This document shows positions 13,451-25,879 of a stretch of DNA of 64,000 nucleotides, one piece after another. Every line of letters begins with the position of its first letter. The first letter of the stretch is position 1. Below the pieces are notes generated by a model. It saw nothing but the letters and a program-made list of their open reading frames with translations, made no database searches and was not told the origin of the DNA. The position numbers and the translations under genes are program-made. Source of the DNA: Octopus sinensis (Eukaryota); contig NC_042997.1 of the NCBI RefSeq assembly GCF_006345805.1, positions 146,134,001-146,198,000 of the forward strand. Reading direction: 5' to 3'.

Positions 13451-13964
13451 TTCTGCAAAAAAAAAAAACAAAAGACAAAACAGAACACACTACAATTAAT
13501 ACAACTATACGATAATATTCCTGTATACACAAATATAAGTATAAACATTCTGTTATATATTAATTATAAATAAACAAGGTAGAATGTTTTTCACTGCTTA
13601 CTGTAGCTAGTTTAATGTTTTTGACATGCAGGTGAGCCCTTCCCACCCCCCACCACTTTCTCGCTTCTGTAATAGATGATGGAAGAGGCAGCGAAAGTGC
13701 TGTTTCCTAATTGGCTGAAAATTCTGAAAATTATCAAACTTTGAATATCTGTAACAATTTCGCAAAGTTTTTTTCTGGAATAAATGATTAACAAATTCGG
13801 ATTCAACGTCAAAAATTGCTGCTACATGATACATTAAAGAATGATTTTTAAAGATTTAGACATGCAGTGACGATAACCACAAATATCCAACGCATATAAT
13901 ACATACATACATACATACATACATACAGATAGACAGACAGGCACGCGCGCTCGCACACCCGCAC

Positions 13965-13995
<31 letters not shown>

Positions 13996-14012
13996 GACAC
14001 ACACACACCCAT

Positions 14013-14162
14013 GGAGCACTATGTTTTGTTAGTAAATGCTTAAAGGAAAATCTGGATAAAATGGGATTTTCAGAAAGAGAAATTGTCCGGTTAATTCGTA
14101 CATTACAAGTGCAAGCTGTGAGTGGAGCAGTAAAAATATGCAAGACTTTTCTCAAGTTCTAA
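14013..14162 (+). mobile_element. 3'-terminal fragment of a restriction-like-endonuclease non-LTR retrotransposon
   Basis: Open frame GALCFVSKCLKENLDKMGFSEREIVRLIRTLQVQAVSGAVKICKTFLKF* resembles the C-terminus of RLE-clade LINE ORFs; recognition from memory only. Confidence 0.55.
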
Positions 14163-14868
14163 ATATGAATTTGTCTGTGTTATATATATCGCAAAGATGG
14201 AGCTTTGTATCTTTGTTGGAGACCGGCTCCCTCCTCAGTGGAAGATTTATAATAATTAAAAAAATAGAAGGGACACATACATACATAGTACTAAGACCAC
14301 TTCCTAAACTCAATAAGTCCTTACAAACTTTCCAAGAGGTTAAGCAGTTCCTGTGCACGAATTGGTTTTGAGTGAGTAAAGTGTCGCACAATACTGAACC
14401 CACTTTCTGCACAATCAGCTATAAAACTAGTGGCACAACAGAGGTTGAGATGACCGAAAACAATCTGCACTCCAGACTTTGTTCTTTTCTTGATACAAGT
14501 TTACCTTCAACTAGAAGGAAATTCTTTCGACTCTAGAGGCCCTATACTCCCGATGGTTCACATAGCCTTTAACTCATAACTGGGAGCCGAGCAGGTGCTA
14601 CTCCTCCGGATCAGAATACACGGGAGAACAATAATTTTTAAGCTAACAACCCCTCAGCTTTCACGACACAGTTTGATGCATTCAGTAGCAACATATCACG
14701 AAGGCCGAAATGTTCTTCCTATTCCTAACGATATAAATACGAAAATGCAAATGTTTAAAATTAAATCCGTCTATGCAATAGTGAGAATTTACAAACAAAC
14801 AAAAGACGAAGGCGGGTGTGTAAACAGCAAACAGATGTATTAGTTTAACGCTCGGGAAGTGAGAAAAT

Positions 14869-14904
14869 CTTTTACGTTTCGAGCCTACGCTCTTCGACAG
14901 AAAA
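14869..14904 (-). ncRNA. Ultra-minimal hammerhead-ribozyme-like motif (A6U variant) at a Penelope-like repeat end
   Basis: TTTT-CTGTCGA-A-GAGC(GTAG)GCTC-GAAAC-GTA-AAAG; related copies at 29420-29455 and 32099-32133. Confidence 0.45.
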
Positions 14905-15298
14905 GAACACAGAAATAAACAGGGAGAGAAAAGAAAATATATATAACATAAAATATAAAATAAGATATATATATATATATATATAAGGATAAGATCGGTA
15001 ATTTAAATATCAATCTTATCAAGTGGCCAGCTTGCGAATAAAAAAATTCAAAGGTAATAATTATTGTTAAAATAATACCGCCACGCTGGAAATAGTAGCC
15101 AAAACCTGACTCTAAAACCAAATTAAATGTTCATACAGCACCAGGTGAGAAGACAAAAAGACAAAATTAACTAGCAAAATATACTGGATAATTTCAGATC
15201 CCGGATTCCAGACTTTGCATAAGAAATGCTTTGCCTCTTCAGTAGAATATACGCAGAACGTAACATAAATACACACACACACACGTACGCACACGCAT

Positions 15299-15378
<80 letters not shown>

Positions 15379-15719
15379 CATACATATAACATACGAATAC
15401 ATATATATATATACATTTCGTTTTGGGATTTTATTTGCAAGATTCTTTATATGAGTTCGTGTGTTGAAGCATTTCTGTTGTGTCTAGGGAGAGTCATTTT
15501 CTTTTTGTGCCTTATAATGTAAAACACTCACCGGTAAAATTTCCACTGATTTCTTTTTTTAATTTTCCTAAAATTTTCGTTGCGTCTTGCAACCTTTTGG
15601 ATAGACAAGACGCAACAAAAAGTTTAGGAAAATAAAAGTAAGAAATAAGTGGAAATTTTACCGGTGGTGTGTTACATTATAAGGCACAAAAAGAAAAATG
15701 ACTCTCTCCAGATACAACA

Positions 15720-15768
<49 letters not shown>

Positions 15769-15941
15769 TATATATATATATATATAATATATATATTAAA
15801 GAGTAATAGATATAGTGGATCTTAAATATAATATAATATAATAGTAACTTACTAAATGTTGGTCAGCGAATCACTTTATCAGTTTACTTTAGTTCTGAAA
15901 TGAAAGCTTAGCTAGACATACCGATATTTATATATACCTTT

Positions 15942-16003
<62 letters not shown>

Positions 16004-16142
16004 ACACACACAAACACACACACACACACAAATACAAACACACACACACACAAACAAACACATATATATGTTTGTATATATTCAACGAATGAATTTGTCT
16101 CCATGTATGGCCTCTATAGTCAACATCTGTATAGCACCTTAC

Positions 16143-16260
16143 TTTTTGTGTCGATCAATGCGTTTCCCCACTATTGTTGAATTCCTTTCAGAGCTAAGTT
16201 CTCTGTTTGTACACCGACAAACAACTTTATTGAAGCTCACAGAAAAGCTTAAGATATATT
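16143..16260 (-). promoter_or_regulatory. Putative core promoter plus non-coding first exon of gene 1
   Basis: 101/120 ungapped identity between 16141-16260 and 40571-40690 (hand count); conserved donor AA|GTAAGG at 16142-16137; conserved TATA-like AATATATCTTAAG at 16260-16248. Function inferred. Confidence 0.55.
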
Positions 16261-16619
16261 TTTTTGATTTCTACCTCTTTTATGTTTGTAATTTCTGATG
16301 ATTTCGGGAAAGTTACGTGATAAATTTCATTTGGTAAGAGTGGTGCAGGTGGTCGGATAGTATATATATATATATAAAATTAATAAATAAATACAACATA
16401 TGCATATATACATACATATATGTACGTACCTACCTCTACATGTATATATACATGCATATATGGGTACAGGACACAAAAAAAAACGTCGAACACAATGAGA
16501 AACGAAAACATAAATACAAAACCAAGGAAATGGACATTTTTTTTTAAAACAACGAAAAAATATAGTACAGGACATACAAAACTAGGAAAATTCCCCTTCT
16601 TCTTCAGTCCCTTAATTTC

Positions 16620-16676
<57 letters not shown>

Positions 16677-17803
16677 ATATATATATATATATATATCTAT
16701 ATATAAATAATGTATTGATCCCTGAGGAAGCAAATCTTTTTTTCCCTGCGCTTTAACTGAGTGTTGCCAACTTTGCAAGCATTGTTTAAAATGTTGGTCT
16801 TTAATGCAACACATTGAGTCGCAACTCATATAACACGTCCACACACGCCCGTGTGTGCACATATTCACACACACACACATACGCACACATATCGGTATGT
16901 ATTTATGTATGGGTATGTGTGTGTATGAGTGTATGTGTGTGTGTGGAACTTTGTATGTATGAATGTAATAATAAATCATTACTCATTTCCAGTTAGAAAT
17001 TGGCCAACGAAATACTTTACTTTATAACAATAATGGAAATCGTATTTCATTAACATACACATAAACACACACACACACACAAACATATATATATATATAT
17101 ATATATACGCGAGAAAGAAGCAACAAGAATGGATAGGTTTTTTAGTACATCGTTTCATACAAGAACAGTTTTATTAAAAGTTGCAAAGATTACAGCATAT
17201 AAACGAGTCCCGTACTCATCAGCTAAAATACATGTAAGTTCTCTAGACATCCTAGTGTTTGAGGCTATACTCATGAAGTAATGTAGATAATTAAACAGAT
17301 TTCTAAAGTTCATAAAGTTCCTTAAAGATGATGTATAGTCTTATCACAGAATTTTAAAAAAGTTTTGATAGCATCACAGAGAAGGTGACCTAATCCATAT
17401 GAATTTCCATAGATATGATGAGGGATTATATACTCACAGAAGACAAATTTATCCATTGTTATTAGCATTACAGAGAGGGTGAATTAATCCTTTTTATATA
17501 TGCACAGATTTCCAAGGTGTAGATGTAAATTTCCAGAGAAATGGAGATGAATTTCATATTCACAGGCGATAAATTTTACAATGGTTGAACACAATGAGGT
17601 AGGTACCATCCTTGTTATATGATTAGGTGTTTGCCATATTAATCACATTACTACTGCTATTCACAAGAGGCTGTAGCTATTTAACTCTTAAAGGTTGAAG
17701 GGCTTACTGATCGGCCAAGAATAGAGAAGGGAATAGAAGAAAGAGAGAAAAAAGAGAAAAATGGAGGAGGGAGCAAAAAGGGGGGATATATTATATATAT
17801 ATA

Positions 17804-18600
17804 CAGGGTATCCCAATAAATGTATATAAACTTTAGCAGCTGTTAACTCAATTTATTTTCACTTCTTTTTAGATTTGACCCAATAAAAATAATGAACAAA
17901 GGATATTTATTAACAAAGTACACGAAAAAATATGTGCGACAAGTGGGTCGTGAGATGGAAATTTCAAAATCGAATGTCTATCGGAATTTGAAGCGTTGTC
18001 ATTGCAAAAGTTACATTCCAAGAATAGTCCGCGTTCTTATTGAGGAAGTTTCGGATATAAAGTGGAGTATTGCAAGTGACATTTGACTAAATATCTAGAA
18101 GATACACTCTTCCGAACAAAGATTGTTTGGAGTGATGAAGCTGTATTTAAATTAATTGGCTCAACCGCTAAAATTGCACTTATTGGGGGCTTGAGAATCC
18201 GCATGCTACAGGGAACGTCTTATTAATTTTGAAGAAAGTACTGTATGGTGCAGTTTATCATCAAAAGGATGAATTGGACCATTCTTTTTTAACGGTACTC
18301 TGTCTTGTCCCATTTAAATGAACATACCGAGACAATTTTTTTCACGCCAAGTGTTCTAGAATATATGGTGTTTTATGTCTAGTAAGATGTTGAGATTTTA
18401 CTAAACAGATGAGTTGAATGAATAGGTTTGGTAGAATACCCTCCGCATTCACTGGACTGCACACCACTAAAGCTTTTTATAGAGATACTTTAAAGAAAAA
18501 TTGTACAGTACATAACTGGCAACAGTAGCTGAATTGAGAGTAGGCATTGAACGAAAATGCACACAAACACCGAACAAAATTTTTCAAACATTTTCATTCC
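17804..18600 (+). mobile_element. Decayed Tc1/mariner-superfamily transposase
   Basis: HTH-like EMEISKSNVYRNLK; KIVWSDEAVFKL; TVWCSLSSKG*IGPFFF; YPPHSLDCTPL (cf. WPPRSPDLTPL); starts at TA-CAGGGTATCC; many stops. Confidence 0.65.
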
Positions 18601-19504
18601 CCGTGTAACTCAAACAGTAAATTCTTAATACTAGAAGCTAAAACTGAAACTTAAACCCTAAAACAATACCCTTAAACTATCCCTAAATTATTAAGTATAA
18701 CCATAAAGCGGAATAAGTCCGTACAGGGAATAAAAATTTCAAAACAGGAGAAGTTTCTAATACCTGTGTACTAAGAAAAGGAGAGGGCGAGAACTTCCCC
18801 AAATTATATCTTTGTAACCTTATTTTTTTTTTCAGGGAAAATAGAAAAAAATTACAGTTTAGAAGTTGAAAACAAAGGTACGGTTAGTAAAAGTCACATT
18901 GCACAAAGCCATAAAAATATATGTTGTTGAATGTACGTATAATTTATATGTTTGTTGTTTCATATGGTTGTAGATGTGATTCTGTTATTACGAACATCAC
19001 TTCGTAACCAAGTGGTTTCTCAACGCCATCAGCACAAAACATTCGTTAACATAAGTTAGCATTGTTGAAAATATAACATTTAGGCATATACAAATGTTCA
19101 TAAAAATATGTGTGTGTGAATGTCTATATATGTGTATATATACATATGCTTCTCCGAGATTAGTAAATCTAGCGGGTATCTAATTTTTATCCATCGATGC
19201 CATTTATAATAATCGATATTGGTCCTTTTTGCTGGTCGATAACTTTGCCATTATTATCTTTATTATTGTTATCAATAACAACTGTATGATTTTTCACATG
19301 TTGAACTTCAAAAGCCCTCTATGCAGGAATAACCTTTTTTATCCTTCGTTCTGCTACTGTATTTGTTCACTGCTAAAATTTATTCCACTATAATTTCGCT
19401 CTACATATTACCTACCACCGGATCAATCTAAAGTGTACGTACATCCAACACTAAAAGGGTTATGTGCATGTCTGAAGATACAACAGCATTATTTGGGAGC
19501 AATA

Positions 19505-19925
19505 AGGCAGCGAGCTGGCAGAATCGTTAGCACGCCAAACAAAATTCTTAGTAGCATTTCGTCCGTCCCTACATTCTGGGTTCAAATTCCATTAAAGTCG
19601 TCTTTTCCTTTCATTATTTCGTGTTCGATAAAATAAGTACCAGTTGGGCACTTATACAAAACTTATCCAAAACTGTTGGCCTTGTGCCAAAATTCGAGCC
19701 GAATATTATCTTGTAGCAATAAGGCGGTGAGCAGGCAAAATCGTTACCGCGCCCGACAAAATGCTTAGCGGCATTTCTTTCGAATTTAAGTACAAAATTT
19801 GTACAAATACCACTGGAGTCAAAATGACTTTCATCTTTTCAGAGTCGATCAAATAAGTATCAGTTGAGCACTGGGGTCGATGTAATCGACTTATTTTCTA
19901 CCCACAATATTGTTGGGCATGTACC
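19505..19925 (+). mobile_element. Two tandem degenerate family B SINEs
   Basis: AAGGCAGCGAGCTGGCAGAATCGTTAGCACGCC and AAGGCGGTGAGCAGGCAAAATCGTTA heads. Confidence 0.75.
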
Positions 19926-19988
19926 AATATTTGAAGGTATTATCTACTAGGAATATTCGACGCGGAAATGAATTTAACATTCTCACAA

Positions 19989-20051
<63 letters not shown>

Positions 20052-20056
20052 GTGTG

Positions 20057-20151
<95 letters not shown>

Positions 20152-20427
20152 GCGTGTGCGTGCGTGCGTGTGTTAGTTAATAAATTGTACGGTATAATAG
20201 ACCTGGTAGTTTACCGATAAAGCAAGTTCACTTTCTCAATGTTTGTTTGGCATTTGATTAGTGAGAGACAGAACATTTAAGATACATCTTGTCACCTGAG
20301 GAGACACATTTACACCGAGAGATACATCAAAACCAGATGAACGGTAAGCCAGCCGTGAGGAATCGGAGTTAGATGGGTCCAAATAATTGTAGTGATCGAT
20401 AAACATTTTCATATCTTCCATCTTCTG

Positions 20428-20476
<49 letters not shown>

Positions 20477-20524
20477 ATGTGTGTCTCTGCGTGCTAATGC
20501 GTAGTACGTATGTATATATGTATG

Positions 20525-20574
<50 letters not shown>

Positions 20575-21828
20575 TTGTATGTGTGTGTGTGTGTGTGTGT
20601 GTCTGAAGAGAGACAGAGAGAGGGAGAGAGAGAGGGATTCATATACAAATATATTTATTCATATATTTATACATTCTGCTTCCCTCTATAAAGTGTGTTC
20701 ACTATAGCACCCTGTGTTTTTCTAAAATAAGAATATACATAATATTATCTTTCGGTATAAAAATACAAAGTGCCCAAAACCCACACTTAGCAGAGATTGG
20801 AAGAATATATAATTATTCAATAAAGATCAAAATAAATACACGTTTATGAATGATCAAATGGCTAAAACTTCAGGTACAAAGTGGTTTTGTTTAATGCAAA
20901 CACACAAGTCACATTTTATCATTTTATCCTTTACTTAATTTCAGTTATTGTATTGCGGTCATGATGAGACGAACTTCCACACGGTTTCCGATTTCCATAT
21001 CCACTCACGAGTCATTAATCGGTTTGGGTCTACAGTAGGAAACACGTGCCCAAGGTGCCACCTACTGGAACTGAACCTGAAACTACATGGTGGCAAAGCG
21101 ACCTTCTTCACCACACAGCAATGTTTGTGTCTAAATATTTTTGTCTAATGATTGCAAACAACAACGATGCACAAACCATGACTGTTATACCAAGTTGAGT
21201 GCCCGATGTTTAACGTGATTAGCTATACACAGAAACACCATATGTAGGGATTATGTCTTCTTTATCTGCTGAAGATTACACGTCCAACAACCCCCTGTTG
21301 TAGGGATGGTGAAAATTGCGAAGTTTATTGAAAAAAGATCAAGGATCTACGATTTGGTATTGCTTTTTATCTAAAACCTTTCAACACCCGAATGTGTGTA
21401 TTAACAGAAAACAAGACATTCCGACAAATTTTACTCATTTGAACATTTATCAAGATGTATTAAAGATCATCAGCTGGGAAAGAAATAGCTTTCCCACGTG
21501 AAAAATTAAAAATTTGAACGAATGGTTGTAGTTTGTTAAGAATAGAAGGTCGTAGCTAAGTCAGCATAATTTCTTTAATCCAGCATATTTCCTTTATGCG
21601 CTGTTCTATTCATTTATACGACAAGCATCACATGAAATCTCGAACAAAAGAAATGAAATAGCTCACAAATCTCATAACGCACACGATAATACATTCCTCT
21701 TTTCCCCGTGTTTATTTCTTCAGATATATGTTATGTAATGGAAATCAGTATAGGGTATGTCAAAATTTAAACGTATACATACATGCCATAAGCGACCGTA
21801 GATGGCCGGAAACTGGCGACTGTGCTAT

Positions 21829-21876
21829 CTCTTTACCGTACGGTTTCAGCTTTAGAGTGAGGCATCGTCAGAAGAG
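21829..21876 (-). ncRNA. Minimal type I hammerhead-ribozyme-like motif
   Basis: CTCTT-CTGACGA-[T GC..GC T]-GAAA-CC(GTAC)GG-TA-AAGAG: stem I CUCUU/AAGAG, intact core, short stem III with palindromic GUAC loop, GUA site; stem II weak. Confidence 0.6.
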
Positions 21877-23221
21877 CCGGCGCAGTTCGCCAGTTCCCGG
21901 ACAGCCTCGCTACGAGTAGAAAAATAACTTCAGGTACAATATAATCTGATGCAATCCTCTCTTAGGAAACCATGAGAATCTAATATCTGGAAGATATTAT
22001 GAGTTCAAATTCCGCCGAGGTCGACTTTGCCTTTCATCCTTTCGGGGTCAATAAATTAAGTACCAGTTGCGTACTAGGGATACGCAACTCTACAACTCTT
22101 ATACCATTACAACCATACTACCATTCTATATCTTTCCCACATAATACTAAGTTGGATTATTACCTCTGAATTAATAATCTTTTTTATACATACTAAAATA
22201 CACCTTCTGTATAACCAACACGACCCTATCCAAATTGTTATTTTTTACACATTTCTTTCTCCGCTACATTTACTTTGGTCTGTCTAACTTCATTTTTAAA
22301 TTCACTTTTTCATCTTTATAAACACAGCAAGAACATACTACTTTAATTGTAATATCAATAATTGCTTCTCTGTTTTTACTTGTTTTTTTTTTTCTTTTAT
22401 TATTAATACCTGTATACATGTTACCTAATATGATTTTTTATGCAAATATGAGTCCTTTATATACATCATCCCTCTATAACTCATTCTCATTCGTCTACTT
22501 TTTGCCATTTGTTTACATTCACTATCTCGTATTAGCTCCTCATATACCGCTTCCTGACGCTAAACTTCATTCTTTGGTAAAGATTTTTTTTAAACATATT
22601 ATACAACGTACTGATTCCAACGGTTAGTTTTAATTTTAATTTTAATTTCAATTTGGTACTGTCTCCCCATTGGACATTTCTACTACTTACTTGCCCTACG
22701 CTACTTATAATTCTAATAGAGGGAACGTCTCCGATACCTCTTTACTTATATCTCCAATTAACCGTTGAAGCCGATAGCTATGGCTCAATATCCGACATGA
22801 TTTCCCCTCTTTCTCACACGGATACCACCATGACTCTCCTAGATCCAATTTTTAATTCTCTAATCCTTTTAAGCTCCTTGCATTATGATTTCTTTCCTTC
22901 CTGCGCTAAAGAGTACGTTGATATTTATTTAATTTAATTCAATCATAAATTTATATTGTGATAATATTTCTGTATGAAACGATCGTCTGCAAGAATCAAA
23001 CTTATAAATTTTAACCAGTTGTTTCCTCCATTTTTAACAAAATTGATGGCATTTTTGCAACTTCATTCCATAAATTCATCATACATTATATACAAGTACT
23101 ACTTTCATATCTTCACAAATTTACACCTGTAAACTCCCAGCAAAGTATGAAGAATCAACATCAGAAATCTTTTTTGGAAACCTCCAATTAAAGGCCGAAT
23201 CCATATTCAACCTTCATACAC

Positions 23222-23331
<110 letters not shown>

Positions 23332-23513
23332 GTGCAGATTTTAGACGTATTAAATACACTCACAGAGACACACACATATATAGCTGAAATTGCGAAGATA
23401 ATCTGGTACTTGACTGAGGAAAGAAAACTCCGAATGACCCGTCCTTGTTTTCTTTTTATCGTCTATCTGAATGTTTTGCGTTCTTGTCCCATTTTATATT
23501 TATATTATATATA

Positions 23514-23564
<51 letters not shown>

Positions 23565-23589
23565 GTTATGTATATATAAAACTAATTCC

Positions 23590-23830
23590 CAACAGGAATG
23601 TCAGTTGGAAGGGCACTCTTGTACTTCAAAGTCAAACTAAAAGACAGTCTGAAGCGATGCAACATTCACTTTTTTTAATGAGAAAAAAAGCATCAGAATG
23701 CAGGACATGGCGCCAGTCTTGCTTCTCCTCAATTCAAAGATTTGAGCAAAGTCGACTCCAACATCGGGACTAACTTCCTGCAAGCATGAAGGCTTGCTGG
23801 TAAAACACTATTCCTCTAAATGGAAACCTT
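23590..23830 (+). mobile_element. RTE-clade LINE 3' fragment
   Basis: VGRALLYFKVKLKDSLKRCNI...WRQSCFSSIQRFE resembles the RTE ORF C-terminus. Confidence 0.55.
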
Positions 23831-23897
23831 ACCTATCATTGTATTATTGTGGCACGAAGCAGAGCAGGCTTTGGCGTTCATGAAAAGAGAATCCTTC

Positions 23898-23928
<31 letters not shown>

Positions 23929-24135
23929 ACTTTTCCGCGAAGGAAAGAGCAAGAAACACATACAAACACTCACACACACACACAAACGCACACACACACA
24001 CACACACACATAAACACGCGTGCGCGCAAACAGCGAGAGAAACAAATGGAAAGCAGGACAAGTGACATAAACAACGATCTTTCATCAGTTTCGGCTGTCC
24101 TCCTACTCCTTATTTCGACCATTAAACGACAATGC

Positions 24136-24170
<35 letters not shown>

Positions 24171-24202
24171 GTATGTATGTATGTATGTATGTATGTAGTA
24201 TG

Positions 24203-24270
<68 letters not shown>

Positions 24271-25106
24271 TATATATATATTGTTATATTATTATTTGAT
24301 TGAACGCCACGCATCCATTTCTAAGTAAGTTTATCTTAATATTTTTGGTGCGACTCTACCCTTTACTGTTCTCTCTTTCTCTCTCTCTTGCCTTTCGTTT
24401 TCTCTCTCAACCTTTCTCTAATTTTTTTTCTCCACTTCATCACTTTCTATATGTCTGCCTTCCTCTCTCCCTCTTCCTCCGTTACTCTCTCCAGTTGCTC
24501 ACACGTTGCCATCGTCCATCTTTCTTTTCCTCACCTGATCATCTTTCTTTTCCTTCAGTTCTGACGTACAGACTGCACGTATTCCTATCTATCTCCTCTT
24601 CTGTCTTTTCTCTTGTCAAAGGCAACATTTCTCCAGCGTTCACTACTTTACCTCGTCTGGTCTATCGACTTTCCACGTTTGTTTTCGTTCGGTTTTTTTG
24701 CATGTCTTCACTGTCCTGTTTTTGTTACCAACTTTGACCCTCCGCAAATCCCAAATTGTATTTTGATTAGCGGGAGCAACTGCCTTCAAAGTCTTATATT
24801 GTCGTTCAATGCTCGAAATAGATGTAAAAGGACAGCCGACAACTGATGAAGGGTCGTTCTTTATGTCACTTGTCTTGTTTCCATGTCTCTCTCGTTGTTT
24901 GCGTACCCAACTTTTCGTATTTGATGTTGTTTACGTTTTGTGACATCCTGTACCCATATATGCATATCTATATACATATATGTGTTTGTATGTACATATA
25001 TGTATGTGTGTATGCGTATTTATATATATATACACCACACATCCATTTCCAGGTAAGTCTATCTCTCTCACTCTCTCTCTCTCTTCTATCTCTAGTATAT
25101 ATATAT

Positions 25107-25181
<75 letters not shown>

Positions 25182-25544
25182 ATGAACGTCATTAGATATG
25201 AGTGAGAGAGTTAGAACACCTACACTGCTAGAAATAAGAGCTACATGACTCTGTTATTGCTGTTATAATTTTATACAAACATACTGGCCTCGACCGTAGA
25301 TGGCCTAAAACTGGCCGAACCATCTTCAGAAGACCCTCAGTTATTTTTAATGACGTTTATTGTTTGCCTTTTTGGTGAAACTCTGCAAACTAGCTGACTC
25401 ATTTAATTATTTATATGCACATTAGCGCTTCGCTAAATCATCCATAAATTTTTATGAAGTACACATATATGTGTGTACTCGTAGCGCCAGTTTCCAGACA
25501 GCCGCGCTACGAGTGGCTGTTCGGAAACTAGCGAACTATGCCGA

Positions 25545-25592
25545 GTCTTCTGACAATGTTTCAGTCTACAGCTGAAACCGTACGGTAAAGTC
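25545..25592 (+). ncRNA. Second copy of the 21.85-kb hammerhead-like motif, core mutated (CTGACAA)
   Basis: GTCTT-CTGACAA-TGTT..AGCT-GAAA-CCGTACGG-TA-AAGTC. Confidence 0.45.
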
Positions 25593-25745
25593 ACCAGTTT
25601 CCGGCCATGTACGGCCACTGCCGGCATGCATGTATACAATTATATCTGCGTTGATCGCAATAACAGAGTCATTTAGCTCTTATTTCTAACAGTGTAGGTA
25701 TTCTAACACCCTCAGTCATAACTTGCTGCCTTGTTTAATTAATTA

Positions 25746-25779
<34 letters not shown>

Positions 25780-25879
25780 GGTATAACAAAGATGAAGAAC
25801 ACAAGAAACGGGGTATGTTATGGGAAACACTTTTATTCTGAAAATGAACATAAATATAAACATTTATATGGATGGAGGT

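Noticed and set aside
13451-13471. N-terminal extension MFFFFAE of the 69-aa ORF and its tail VSHAA
   Set aside because: The extension starts at TTG and is the polypyrimidine tract and acceptor; the tail begins at the GTAAGT donor conserved in all three paralogs.
14330-14410. ESGFSIV on the minus strand resembling a Buster-type hAT C-terminus
   Set aside because: A single short motif is insufficient.
22150-22950. Possible decayed non-LTR/PLE ORF on the minus strand
   Set aside because: Compositionally suggestive, but I could not identify a diagnostic motif.
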